Shown here in pieces: positions 19,084-29,856 of a DNA stretch of 64,000 bases; within the stretch, counting starts at the first letter, position 1; each line of letters begins with the position of its first letter. The stretch is taken from contig CAWJEX010000003.1 in the NCBI GenBank assembly GCA_963841995.1, positions 154,081-218,080 on the forward strand, read 5' to 3'. The translations under genes were made by a program, and so were the position numbers. The DNA comes from an uncultured Alphaproteobacteria bacterium. GTDB lineage: Bacteria > Pseudomonadota > Alphaproteobacteria > DATDPM01. The notes beneath the pieces are model-generated. The model was not told the DNA's origin and made no database searches. It worked only from the letters and a program-made list of their open reading frames with translations.

Positions 19084-19671
19084 GTGGCGAAAGACCGCGT
19101 TCTTTATCGCCGGGAAGGCGGAACCCATCTCATCGAGATGCGGCTCAATAGCGTCAATCAGCTCTTCGATTCGCTCGATCCGGCGCCGTTTCCGGAACGC
19201 AGTCTCGACAACGAGGCCGAGGCCTACATCATCGGCTCGGCCCAGGATTTACCGCTCTCGGACCCGATCAAGCTGATTTTCTATTTGCCGCGCGAGGAAA
19301 TGGCGGCGACGCGGGCGATCAGCCTCGGCGACGCGATCCACAACTATTTCGACTACCGGCTGATGATGGCCCAGCGGCAGATCCGGCATTATCGGCGCGA
19401 TGCGCGGATCACGCTGGCGATCGGGCTCGCATTCCTCTTTGCTTGCACCGCACTTCGCCAGCTCGTCTTCGCGTTCGGCCGGGAAACGCTCCAGCAAATT
19501 GTCGCGGAAGGCCTGTTGATCGCGGGCTGGGTTGCGATGTGGCGGCCGCTCCAGGCGCTTTTATACGACTGGTGGCCGCTCCATCGCACCCGCGCGGTAT
19601 TCGAGAAACTCAAGGAAGTGCCGGTCGAAGTGCGCCCGATCGAAGAAGCGCCGGCTGGACTGATGCGCTAG
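19084..19671 (+). CDS. hypothetical membrane protein
   Basis: The 195-aa product has two predicted TM helices in its C-terminal half. Confidence 0.4.
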   Translation: MAKDRVLYRREGGTHLIEMRLNSVNQLFDSLDPAPFPERSLDNEAEAYIIGSAQDLPLSDPIKLIFYLPREEMAATRAISLGDAIHNYFDYRLMMAQRQIRHYRRDARITLAIGLAFLFACTALRQLVFAFGRETLQQIVAEGLLIAGWVAMWRPLQALLYDWWPLHRTRAVFEKLKEVPVEVRPIEEAPAGLMR

Positions 19672-19678
19672 GCAGCGC

Positions 19679-20149
19679 TCAGATGTGGCAAACCGCGAGC
19701 CCGCGTTTTTCGAGATAGCGCTGATGATATTCTTCCGCCGGCCAGAACTGCGCCGCGGGAACGATCTGGGTCACGATCGGACGCTTGAAGCGGCCTGACG
19801 CGTCGAGCCGCGCCTTCGATTCGCGTGCGGCGCGCTCCTGTTCCGGGCTGTGAAAGAAGATCGCGGACCGGTACTGCTCGCCGACATCGGGTCCTTGGCG
19901 GTTGGGCGTCGTCGGATCGTGAATGCCCCAAAAAATATCCAGCAACTCTTCGTAGCGCACGCGCATCGGATCGAAGGTGACTTGCACTGCCTCGGCATGA
20001 CCGGTCGTTCCCGAACAGACGTCCTGATAAGTGGGACTGTCCAGCTTTCCGGCGGTATAGCCGACGGATGTTTCGACGACTCCCTCGACCTCGCGAAAGC
20101 GAGCCTCGATACCCCAGAAGCAGCCGGCGGCGAATGTGGCTTTGTCCAT
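19679..20149 (-). CDS. msrA: peptide methionine sulfoxide reductase MsrA
   Basis: It carries the catalytic motif '[10 protein letters not shown]', plus 'GYTAG' and '[19 protein letters not shown]'. Confidence 0.9.
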   Translation of the reverse strand: MDKATFAAGCFWGIEARFREVEGVVETSVGYTAGKLDSPTYQDVCSGTTGHAEAVQVTFDPMRVRYEELLDIFWGIHDPTTPNRQGPDVGEQYRSAIFFHSPEQERAARESKARLDASGRFKRPIVTQIVPAAQFWPAEEYHQRYLEKRGLAVCHI

Positions 20150-20275
20150 GAAACGCCTCACCACCGATCATTGAGAAGACAGGAAAGAAATGGGCCCTGC
20201 GTTGTGCCGCGCCAAGCCGCGCCGTGCACACGGGCCTTCACATTTGGGTGAACAAAGCGGGCGAGTGAAAGACGC

Positions 20276-20707
20276 CTAATGTCCCGCGTTCATCTTGCCG
20301 ACTTCCGGCTCCGGTGCGAGCGGTTCGTCGGGCGGAAGGCCAAGCGCCTGGCGATAGACTTTCTCCTGGAGATAACCTTGGCGCACCGCGCAACCGCCCT
20401 TGAACAGCACCAGCCAGGCATTGTGCGGATCCTCCGTGTGATGGAAAACCAACGCCTGATCCGCGTCGACGAGATGGGCGCCGGGGTAAGCGGCGGTGAA
20501 GGCCTTGTTCAAGTCCTTGACCTGGCTCTCGGTGAGCTTGTCCATGCTGCTGGCATCGGTCTGAAGTTGTTCGATCGCTTGGTTAAAGCTTACGCATTGC
20601 CCCTTTGCCGGCGCCCCTTCTGGTGCTGCGCTATCCGCCCGCGCTGCGCCTGCGGCGGCAACAAGGCCGAGCAATAGAACACTCGCTTTAACGATCGCGT
20701 TACGCAT
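20276..20707 (-). CDS. hypothetical secreted protein
   Basis: It has a signal peptide ('MRNAIVKASVLLLGLVAAAGAARA'). Confidence 0.4.
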   Translation of the reverse strand: MRNAIVKASVLLLGLVAAAGAARADSAAPEGAPAKGQCVSFNQAIEQLQTDASSMDKLTESQVKDLNKAFTAAYPGAHLVDADQALVFHHTEDPHNAWLVLFKGGCAVRQGYLQEKVYRQALGLPPDEPLAPEPEVGKMNAGH

Positions 20708-20918
20708 GGAACCCCACCCTTCTGACACCCTGAATCTAATACGAATACTCGGCCGTCAATGCGCCGGACGCGCGATGTTGTGGCAGGACCCGCGAGCGCT
20801 GACAAGCCCCCTCCCCGGGAAATCGATGACGATGATACGGCAAAAAAAGGGCGTGCATCGCGGCACGCCCCTCTCCTTGGTCACGGCAGCCAATGCTGGA
20901 TGCAATAGCCGACCGATA

Positions 20919-21245
20919 TTAATGCGGCCGTTCGGCCTCCTGCATCATCATGACCGACGGCGGCGCCGTTGCGCCAGCCGGGGTCACGCCGATGACGGCA
21001 AGCGCCCGTTTCAGATCCATTTGAGCCGTGGTTTCGTCGCCGGCGAGACACAGCTTTCGACCCTCGCCGGCAATCGCCTGGGCCTCGCCCACCCGCGCAT
21101 CGCCAGCATGAAAGGGAAGCTCGCCTTCGAATTGAGCAAGATAGGTGAGACAGCTTATCGGCTTCGTGGACTGCTGATCCGCCCGTGCGACAGTCGTCGC
21201 GCCCAGGATCAACATAGCCGTTGCCGTCACTATTGCGGTTCTCAT
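20919..21245 (-). CDS. hypothetical secreted protein
   Basis: It has a signal peptide ('MRTAIVTATAMLILGATTVARA'), similar to the neighbouring gene. Confidence 0.4.
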   Translation of the reverse strand: MRTAIVTATAMLILGATTVARADQQSTKPISCLTYLAQFEGELPFHAGDARVGEAQAIAGEGRKLCLAGDETTAQMDLKRALAVIGVTPAGATAPPSVMMMQEAERPH

Positions 21246-21716
21246 GATACCTCCAGTCGCCTGATCCAAACGACCAAGCGGTTAATCAATCCCCCAATTT
21301 GCGTATGCGAGTCATGTGGGATTGGGAAACGCGCAATACGACCCCAAAGTTCCGACTAAGGCGAAACTGGGGCAACGCAATGTTGTGAAGGACCGCCACG
21401 AACGCGGCCCATATTGTGAATTAGCGTCCGAGGTGAAGGGCTAAGGAAAGAATCACCAGCACGAAGAGAAGACCTGATGCGGCGAATGCAATCTTCACGG
21501 TCTTGCCGGGCGGCAAGGAATCATCGTTGGCGAGCGAGATCCGGGCGGATCGTTCGGCGCACAAAGGCGTCAAATTGCTGGCTTCGTGAGTCATCGTTTT
21601 CGTTGCGGCCAAGGAGCGCATGATTTCTTGCCTTCAAAATGCCTTGATTCCGGCAGGGCGAGCGGCGCGTCGATGCGCGTTATAGCGTGGAATTCCTTAA
21701 CCGTCGGTGAACGGAA

Positions 21717-22334
21717 CTACACTTTCGTTGCGTCGGTGTCGCTGTCTTGAGAAACACCCGTGATGACCGTGGCCGCCGCGAAATACGCACCGCCGGCAAA
21801 GCAGAAAAGGCTGGCGAATGCCGAAGCGATGGCGGCGATGCGCAACAAACGGCCCAGCCCGAGGCGGGGATGTCCACCGTCCTTAAATCGACCGGGGACA
21901 ATTGCGGGTTCGCCGCCGACGGGTTCGGCAATGTCGATTTCCCCGTCGTGAACTTCCGCGGCAAGCGCTCGCAATTTCAACAGAGCCATCCGGCTGCGCT
22001 GAATTTCGGCGAAATATCCGGAAGCCGTCGCGACTGCGGCGAGCAAGATGCCCGCGACGAACAAGGAGCCTGAATAGACGAATGACCCGAATGCGGCATC
22101 GAGATCGACATCGAGAAGGACGAGATAGATCGGGAAAATGAGAAGCGCCCCGCCGTTCAAGATAAACAGCGCGCGCAAGCCCAGTTGGCCGAGTGCCAGC
22201 GCGTTGCGATTGGACTCGGTGAACTTTTGTTCATAGCGATGGGCGGCGGCACGGGCCACGGTGACCCGGTCGGTGCGGACCGGGTCGGGTTGGCCGGGTA
22301 CCTCAAAGCGAAGAGGATTGGTCATTCGCCGCAT
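21717..22334 (-). CDS. hypothetical polytopic membrane protein
   Basis: It has 4-5 predicted TM helices. No family was recognised. Confidence 0.4.
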   Translation of the reverse strand: MRRMTNPLRFEVPGQPDPVRTDRVTVARAAAHRYEQKFTESNRNALALGQLGLRALFILNGGALLIFPIYLVLLDVDLDAAFGSFVYSGSLFVAGILLAAVATASGYFAEIQRSRMALLKLRALAAEVHDGEIDIAEPVGGEPAIVPGRFKDGGHPRLGLGRLLRIAAIASAFASLFCFAGGAYFAAATVITGVSQDSDTDATKV

Positions 22335-22514
22335 AGTCGCGCAAATAGACCATCAAGTCGAGCACCGGACTTTCCCGTCCGAACCCGGTCAAAATCCCGT
22401 GGATTTGGCTGCGGTCATGGGTCTGGTGGTCGAAGACATGGGAAAGGATAATGAGAAGGCCGTGCAATCCGTGGCGCCGAGGCGCGGCGGATCGCATCGC
22501 CGATCAATCACCGC

Positions 22515-22667
22515 TCACCACCGGCCGCAATGCCAGCAATCGTCGCGGTCTTGGAATTGATCGTCGTGAGGGTACGGGCGATAGGGATACGGCTCGTCGT
22601 AAACGACGCATCCCGCCAACGATCCCGCCACCACCAGGGATAAGACCATTGTTCGCAAGGCTTGCAT
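22515..22667 (-). CDS. putative small lipoprotein
   Basis: A 'VVAGSLAGC' lipobox is followed by a short mature peptide. Confidence 0.3.
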   Translation of the reverse strand: MQALRTMVLSLVVAGSLAGCVVYDEPYPYRPYPHDDQFQDRDDCWHCGRW

Positions 22668-22898
22668 GGCACGACTCCGTGTTTTGTCTTTAACAACAAC
22701 ACGGGGGAGACGCTTGTTCCCAGCGGATTGCAACGCACCGTTTTTTCATATCGCCGTGACAAGATTACAATTTCGTCATTAAGGAAGCCAACCCTGTCGC
22801 TGTGGGCGTATCGCACCCGTCGCCTCACGATGGAGAGAATTCGATAGGAAATATACGGACGAAGTTCGGCGGCGCCGGATGCCCGCCTACATCATGCT

Positions 22899-24639
22899 CT
22901 AATGCATCGGCGGCATCGGCATCGCGACGTCGACGCTATTCTTTCCGAACGCGACGACGCGGCTTGCCGGAAACGTCACCGTGACCACGGTCCCCTGGCC
23001 GACGGTGCTTTGCAACGCGATGGTCCCGCCATGAAGCGTGACAAGGCCGCGGGTAATGGAAAGCCCAAGTCCCACGCCCTCGAACTGGCCCGAGGTTTCG
23101 CGGCGGGCGCGCTCGAAGGGCTTGAAGACATGCTCGATCGAATCGGCCGGAATGCCGACGCCGGTATCGGAAACGCGGATCACCAAATCGCCGTTGTCGC
23201 CCCAGAGCGCGGTCATGTCGACCGCGCCGCCCTCGGGCGTGAATTTGATGGCGTTGGCCAGGAGATTGAGGAGAATTTGCCGCAAGGCTTTCGGGTCGGC
23301 CTCGATCGTGACGTTGCCGCAGGCGACGTCGGCGCGAAGCGCGATCGATTTCGCGCGGGCCTGAAGGCCGACGAATTTGATCGCCTGCTCGACCGCTTCG
23401 GCGAGCACCACATGCTCAATATTCAATGTGACGCGTCCCGCTTCGATCTTGGACATTTCCAAGAGATCGTTGATGAGCGCCAGCAGATGCTCGCCGCTCG
23501 AATGGATGAGCGCCGCATATTCCGTATATTCCTTGCTCGCGATCGGGCCGACGATTTCGCTTTTGATCATCGACGAGAAACCGATGATCGCGTTCAAGGG
23601 TGTTCGCAATTCGTGGCTCATATTGGCGAGAAACATCGATTTGGCGTTGCTGGCGCTCTGCGCTTCCTGCCGCTCGCTGACCAGGGCGACGATGGTCAGC
23701 ACATTGGTGGCCAGCACCACCACGAGCGTGCCGACCAACAGCAGGGGATTGGCCAAGGTTTGGTGCTGAAAGGGTCCAAATCCGGCGACCGTGCCGGCGG
23801 TGGCAAGCACGGCGACCAGCGAGACCAGGGTGTAGGCGGAACGGAGCGACATCCGCAACGCGATCCACGACAGCGGCACCACCAGCAGGAAGGGAAATGC
23901 CGGCCTGATGTCGTAGCCGCGCAGCGACGGCGTCAGGAACAGCATGAGGCTGATCAAAGCGACAAAGCCCCAAACCGCCATGTTCCGGCGATTGATCGCC
24001 CGGTCGGCCATGCGGACAGGCGTTTCAGGCTCCCGTTCGAGTCCCAGCCAAAGGATCACGGCCGGCGCCAGATAGAGCGTGCCGCCGCTGTCGGTGAGCC
24101 ACCACGTCACCCAGGTCGCGTAGAACTTGCCGGGATCGAACGGATGCCCGATCGCCAAAGCCGTGGCGCCGCCGGCGGCGCTGATCGCCGGGGCCAAAAA
24201 GGTGGTGCAGATGACGAAGGCCATCAGCCCGGCGATCGAGGTGAACAATCCGTTTTGCGGCCGCAAGCGCTTGAGGACCAGGATGCTGAGCACGGGACCG
24301 AGCGCGTTGGTCGCCGAAATGAGGGTGGTGATGTGCAAGGGCGGCGCGAACAAGATCGCATTGGCCAGAAACGAGCCCAGAAATATTCCCGGCAGCATCC
24401 GCAAATCGCCGACCATCGCAGCCACGATGGCAACGCTCGCCGGCAGCCAGATCGGCGCCGGGAACAGGCCATAGGAAGCGAAGAACGAATTGACCACCGA
24501 GCCGAGGGCGAAATAGAACGCCACGACCGCGGCATTGGCGCCGATCCAGGGCAAGGCACCGGCATCGGCAAGGAAGGGGGGCGTCCACGGCCGCGAGGGG
24601 CGTGGGATTGCGCCCGCGACCACTAATTCAACCGGCACT
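22899..24639 (-). CDS. sensor histidine kinase with a MASE1-type polytopic membrane sensor domain (orphan, no cognate response regulator nearby). The start is uncertain.
   Basis: The C-terminus has HisKA ('HELRTPLNAIIGF') and HATPase ('LLNLLANAIKF...GVGLGLSI') regions. The N-terminal ~330 aa form 8-9 TM helices. The ORF is open to 24824. A GTG at 24639 gives a plausible start. Confidence 0.8.
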
Positions 24640-24840
24640 GCAGATCCCCTGGCCCGGACACGGCGATGCCCCCCGACACGCGATACCCCCGTATTCTTAA
24701 CACGGGTATTCCGGATCAAAGGTTTTAAAGATTCCTGAAACCGGAAGATATTGGAATCGCGGGCCCGGGCGCCGGACAAAAATCCCAGGAAAATCCGAAG
24801 ATTTAGCCTGAGCCGCAACCGCAACTTGCCGACCGGCGGG

Positions 24841-25323
24841 TCAGGTTTGGGTATGCGCCTCGAGGAACCACAGCGCCTTGTCGAGGGCGCGGGAATAGGT
24901 TGTCAAAATATCCGCCGTGTCGGCGTCCCCGGCCGCGCTGGTCTCGTCGATACCGGCACGGACGGACTTGGCGACCTTGGCATAACGGTCGATCAGTGCC
25001 GCCAAATGATCTTTTTCCTTAAAGATGTCGGTCGGGTAGGGCGACAGGGCCGTGGATTTTGCAACTACTTGCGTGGTCCCGAGGGCGGTTCCGCCCAATT
25101 GCACGACGCGCTCGGCGATCGTGTCGACATGGGTGTCGAGTTCGGTTCGAAAGCCGTCGATCATTTCATGGAGGGCGATGAATTGCGGCCCCTTGATGTT
25201 CCAATGCGCCTGCTTGGTCAGCAGCGCCAGGTCGATCGAATCGGCCAGCCGCGCGTTGAGAATTTCGACGACGACTTTCTTTGTATTTGATTTCAGATCG
25301 TTATGGGCTTCGTACGATTTCAT
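24841..25323 (-). CDS. dps: Dps (DNA protection during starvation, ferritin-like)
   Basis: 'LNARLADSIDLALLTKQAHWNIKGPQFIALHEMIDGF' is the ferroxidase-centre region of Dps. Confidence 0.9.
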   Translation of the reverse strand: MKSYEAHNDLKSNTKKVVVEILNARLADSIDLALLTKQAHWNIKGPQFIALHEMIDGFRTELDTHVDTIAERVVQLGGTALGTTQVVAKSTALSPYPTDIFKEKDHLAALIDRYAKVAKSVRAGIDETSAAGDADTADILTTYSRALDKALWFLEAHTQT

Positions 25324-25427
25324 GCCTGCCCCCGTGATGGTTTAGAACTATGCCCGATACCGGATTTAATTAGGCGCGGAACCAGCCGGAAACAAGCCGG
25401 CACGCTGATTTGAATGGTGATCTGCCG

Positions 25428-26228
25428 TCACGCATGCCGGAATGCCTCGGCTGCTATCAACTCCTGATAGGCCTGCGCCAGCAAGCGCGCGAGCAGCGGA
25501 GCCCACGCTCGCTGCCCCTCGTCGCCGGCGATCAGGTCCTGGCGAATTTCGATTGCAACGTGATGGAGGCCTCGTCGCTCGCCGTGTACTGGGATGGTGT
25601 AATCCGTCGCGTCGGTCACGCTGTAGGGCTCGTTGTCGCCGACGATGAGCCCCTCTTCGCGTTTCAGCGCCGCCATGAGGAAATGGGCGAAACGCGGATC
25701 GCGATTGTAGAGCACGCCAACGTGCCAGGGCCGCGCCGCGCCCTTGAAGACAGGCGCAAAGCTATGCATCGCCACCAGCACCGCCGGTCGGCCGGCTTGC
25801 CGCCGCCGGTCAAGTTCGGCTTCGATCCGATCATGGTAGGGCCGGAAAATCTCGCCGACGCGCGCGGCCTTCCGGCCTTCGCTCAAGCCCGTATTTCCCG
25901 GAATAGGGGTCAGCTCGCTGATTTCCGGGATCGATGTCTCCGAGCCCGGCATGCGGTTGCAGTCGATGACCAGGCGCGAATAGCTCTGCTGCACCAGGGT
26001 GGCGTCGAGAGCGTCCGCGATGAGGCGGGAGACCGCGGCGACGCCGACGTCCCAGGCGATGTGGCGATCGCATTCGGCTTCCGGAACGCCCAGCCGGCCG
26101 AGCGCGCGCGGAATGGCATTGCCCGCGTGATCGGCGACGATCAGGAATGGCGACGAGCCGTTTTCGTTGCGCACCGTGACCGGCGCCGGCTCGTCGGCCG
26201 CCAACAGGCTATCGGACATCTCGGTCAT
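25428..26228 (-). CDS. N-formylglutamate amidohydrolase (HutG-like, FGase) family protein
   Basis: 'FLIVADHAGNAIP...' matches the FGase/zinc-hydrolase fold family over its full length. Confidence 0.7.
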   Translation of the reverse strand: MTEMSDSLLAADEPAPVTVRNENGSSPFLIVADHAGNAIPRALGRLGVPEAECDRHIAWDVGVAAVSRLIADALDATLVQQSYSRLVIDCNRMPGSETSIPEISELTPIPGNTGLSEGRKAARVGEIFRPYHDRIEAELDRRRQAGRPAVLVAMHSFAPVFKGAARPWHVGVLYNRDPRFAHFLMAALKREEGLIVGDNEPYSVTDATDYTIPVHGERRGLHHVAIEIRQDLIAGDEGQRAWAPLLARLLAQAYQELIAAEAFRHA

Positions 26229-26362
26229 TGGCGCTCACGCTCGTGGCTGAAACGCCGGTATGGTAGCGACATGCGCTGTTCTTGGCCCGAAAAATGCCTG
26301 TCTAGTAAAAATGCGTGTTTAGTAATGCATGTTAGTGGGGCTTGTCCCATTGGGGAACTGCA

Positions 26363-27257
26363 ATGCCGATAATCGCCATCAGGCACGTCACGACCTATCG
26401 CTATAAGCAACCGGTCTCGTTCGGCGAACACCGGATGATGTTGCGGCCGCGCGACGACGACGACCAGGAGCTGCTCGAATCCGAGCTCGAAATCACGCCC
26501 GAGCCGAGCCAACTTACCTGGATACAGGATATCTTCGGCAATCATGTCGCGATCGCCCGTTTCGCGGAGCCGGCCGCAGAGCTTCGCTTCGTCAGCACCA
26601 CTTGTGTCAACCACGCGCCGTCGGGGCTTCCACGCAGCCGATAGCGATAATTTTGCCCGAAGATATCCGTTTGGCTACGCCGCGGAAGATAGACCGGGGC
26701 TCGCGAGTTTTATCGCGCCGCTGGCATCGCAGCCCGCGCTCGATCGCTGGGTCGCCAGGTTTCTCCGCGAGGACGGATCGGCCGACACCCACGAACTTCT
26801 CGTCGACATGACGCAGACCATCAAGCGGACCTTCAAGCACACGGCGCGGCACGAGAAGGGCACCCAGGATCCGATCAGGACGCTGAAGCTCGCGAGCGGG
26901 AGTTGTCGCGACCTTGCGGTGCTCATGATCGCGGCGCTGCGCTCGCTTGGAATCGCCGCACGGTTCGTGTCCGGATATCTGCATCTTGCCGATGACGGCG
27001 ACCGTGTCGCCGGCGGTAACACCCATGCCTGGGTCCAGGTCCACGTTCCCGGCCCGGGCTGGGTCGACTTCGATCCGTCGAGCGGCATGGTCGGGAATCA
27101 GAACCTGGTGCGCGTCGCGGTCGTGCTCGAGCCGCGCGAGGCGATTCCGTTGCAAGGCACGTGGATCGGGACCGCGTCGGACCATCTCGCCATGAAGGTC
27201 GCGGTCAAGGTCACCGCGGCAGCGGATGCCGGCGCGACGTGGTCCCGCGCGGGATGA
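26363..27257 (+). CDS. transglutaminase-family protein (Bact_transglu_N + transglutaminase-like Cys-protease core), with an apparent frameshift at ~26595-26635
   Basis: 'MPIIAIRHVTTYRYKQPV...LRPRDD...DIFGNHVA' is the N-terminal domain (ORF 26342..26644). 'YPFGYAAEDRP...GSCRDLAVLMIAALRSLGIAARFVSGY...HAWVQVHVPGPGWVDFDPS' is the core with the catalytic Cys (ORF 26544..27257). The two overlap in different frames. Confidence 0.65.
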
Positions 27258-27353
27258 TGACCCGGCCTCGACGTGCGGCCATTCGTCGCGCGCGCGAAGA
27301 CCGGAATTTTCGGTCTCTCTTGGCACGCCGGCGCCGGCGCCGAGAGGTTTTCG

Positions 27354-28182
27354 ATGAAAATTCGTGCAGGCTACGAGATTTCCTATGACTGCCCGCAGCC
27401 GACGCCCATGATCCTGACGCTGAGCGTCCATCCGTCACGCGTTCCCGATCTGCTGACCCGGGATCGCATGCCGTCTCGATCCGCCCATCCCCGCCAACAC
27501 CTATCACGACAGTTTCGGCAATTTCTGCCACGTGATCCGCGCCCCCGCGGGCCGGCTGACCATGTCCACGGACTTCCTGGTGCAGGACAAGGGCGAGCCG
27601 GACGCGATCGCCCCGCAGGCGGAGCAGCATGCGCTCGAAGACCTTCCGGTGGAGGTCCTGATCTATCTGCTCGGCAGCCGCTACTGCGAGACCGATCGTC
27701 TATCGAATACGGCGTGGTCCCTGTTCGGGCAGGTTCCGAAGGGTTGGCCGCTGGTGAAGGCGATCTGCGACTACGTCCACGATCGCATCACCTTCGGTTA
27801 CGAGCACGCGAGCCCGACCAAGACGGCATGGGATGCCCATACCGAGCGACGCGGCGTGTGCCGGGACTTCGCCCACCTCGCGGTCACGCTGTGCCGCTGC
27901 ATGAACATTCCGGCGCGCTACTGCACCGGCTATCTCGGCGACATCGGCGTGCCGCTCGACGATCCGCCGATGGATTTCAGCGCCTGGTTCGAAGCCTATC
28001 TCGGCGGCCGCTGGTACACCTTCGATGCCCGCCACAACAAGCCGCGCATCGGCCGCATCCTGATGGCACGCGGGCGCGACGCCACCGACGTCGCGATCGT
28101 GACCTCATTCGGCCCGTGTACGCTCGCGAGCTTCAAGGTGATCACCGACGAGGTCACGTCGACCGCTCCCGCGAGTCCGTGA
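27354..28182 (+). CDS. transglutaminase-family protein, paralogue of the previous gene, with an apparent frameshift at ~27466-27480
   Basis: 'MKIRAGYEISYDCPQPTPMILTLSVHPSR' is in frame 1. 'DPPIPANTYHDSFGNFCHVIRAPAGRL...RGVCRDFAHLAVTLCRCMNIPARYCTGY...FSAWFEAYLGGRWYTFD' is in the adjacent frame. Confidence 0.65.
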
Positions 28183-29083
28183 CGGTTTCAAGCCCCGCGG
28201 CGCCGAAATTGTCGCTTCACTTGCCCTCGCGGCTGGCGATGGCGTCCCCTATGTCACCGTCTCGGCTGTCCTGGTGGATTTCTAAACGGTGCCGCCTTCA
28301 CCATCGGCAGCGTGAACAAAACCTCACCATCACCACCCAACAACTCACCAGCCCGAACCGGCAAGCGCGAGCGCGAACCCAGGAGGATAACTGGCGGAGG
28401 AAGGGAGGTGTTTGGTGGGGTTATTTTTGCTGACGCGCGCAGGTTACCCTATTCCGGGAAAATCCTTTCCTTGCCGTCGTCGGTTCTCAACAGACCACCA
28501 TAATATGGAGGCCCCGATGCAGCGTAATCCCGTATTTCCTGCGGTCTTAAAAGTCGTTCATGTACCATCAGAGCTTGCTTTGAGATTTCCCCGACATCGT
28601 CGAAGGCAGTTATGTTCAGTTCCGCTCCTACGACGAACCCCAGCGGAATCTCCTTGGGTGCTCCTGCACCGTCTTTCGTGATCGTTCGGGCCGAAGCAAC
28701 TGACGCACCAAGTCCTCAAACCGGTGCGGGTCTAAATCTTCAAAGTGAAGAGGATTTATGGTTTTCGTCGCCGACGACATACGTTAGCAAAGAGTTTGAT
28801 CAAGAGTGTCTAATTCCCTCTATTGGCCGGAATGGCTGCCGTATGAAGCATTTCGTTTATTGCTCGCCCAATCCTTTTCCACACCACCGCGCCGTCCAGA
28901 ACGCCAGCCGCCAGAAAATTGGCCGCCCTCATCGCCGCGTAAATACGGGCGTGTGTGCGCCGTGCTGCTTGATGCGGATGCGTGCGGAGCGGAACGCCAG
29001 AAGTCTTAGTCACCTGCATCCCTTCCGTTGTTTTTCGCACCTCTCTGCAGCATTATAGCTCGGCGCAAAGGACGGGGGATGGC

Positions 29084-29263
29084 ATGAAACCGACATTTTT
29101 CCTCATAACTGCGCTTTTCATCTTGACGGTGGCACCAACTATTGCTGCAGCCTTTGGCTGCGGCTTGCCACCGCTGCCACCGTTGGGTTGCGAGGCCTCA
29201 AGCGGACAATGCATTTGCGACGCGAACGGAAATTGCCAATGGATATTTACCCACTGCCACTAA
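29084..29263 (+). CDS. small secreted Cys-rich peptide (59 aa; six Cys in the ~35-aa mature part)
   Basis: 'MKPTFFLITALFILTVAPTIAAA|FGCGLPPLPPLGCEASSGQCICDANGNCQWIFTHCH'. The ORF has a signal peptide and a purine-rich stretch ahead of the ATG. It lies in locally low-GC DNA. Confidence 0.4.
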   Translation: MKPTFFLITALFILTVAPTIAAAFGCGLPPLPPLGCEASSGQCICDANGNCQWIFTHCH

Positions 29264-29856
29264 TCAATCGCGGGCTTTTCGAACCGACTGCCGACCCAGT
29301 GCTCATTATTTTGCGGCAGGGACGAAAGGTTATTCCGCTAGCCGCTCTTATCTTAGTAGCGGTTGTTTGGCTGCGTTCGCAGATCGACGGATTTCTACAC
29401 GGTCCAGATGGATGCGGGCCAGTAAGTGGGCGACTGACGCTACGCCAACTCCACCTTGCATTCAGAGCTCCATTTTCGAACAGGAATACTCGACGCGCCC
29501 CGCAATGCAATCGGGCGGCATCGGGGCTGCTCCCGACCGCAGGTAATGTGGCATTACATCCGGAGACGGCGACTGGGTTCCGTTCCGCGTGAACCGCGGC
29601 GTCGTCGCCGTACTGCTTGATGAGAATGTGCACGGAGCGCCAGATGCCGACGTCGCCTGTTGCCATTCGATGACGCGCTTTACGATTTCCCGACAAACAG
29701 TCGTGTTTTTTTACACTCAAGAATTGATGACAACGCTTAACCGCATGAATTCCCAGAAATCTCGGATATTGGCCCAAATCTTGCGTTAACTATTTTGGAC
29801 TACCGGAGATCTGGCTGGGTGGCACTTAATCTCCGGAGCAACTGGTGGAGTCACGA

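Noticed and set aside
22902-24626. A 574-aa + strand ORF, plus similar long ORFs at 4379-5758 (-), 41893-43998 (-), 32782-34197 (-), 44152-45006 (+), 53021-54259 (+), 58503-59882 (+) and 31524-32540 (-)
   Set aside because: They are antisense shadows of well-supported genes (the histidine kinase, permease, thiC, rpoH, thiD, tolB, ruvC/yebC, rluD). Their translations are Arg/Gly/Asp-rich, low-complexity sequences typical of open frames in high-GC DNA.
28400-29060. ORFs 28412-28681, 28612-29058, 28806-29009 (+) and 28810-29040 (-) in the tRNA islet
   Set aside because: They overlap each other and have no recognisable domains or translation signals. They are likely decayed remnants or non-coding AT-rich DNA. 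Only the Cys-rich peptide and the PEP-CTERM ORF have convincing protein features.
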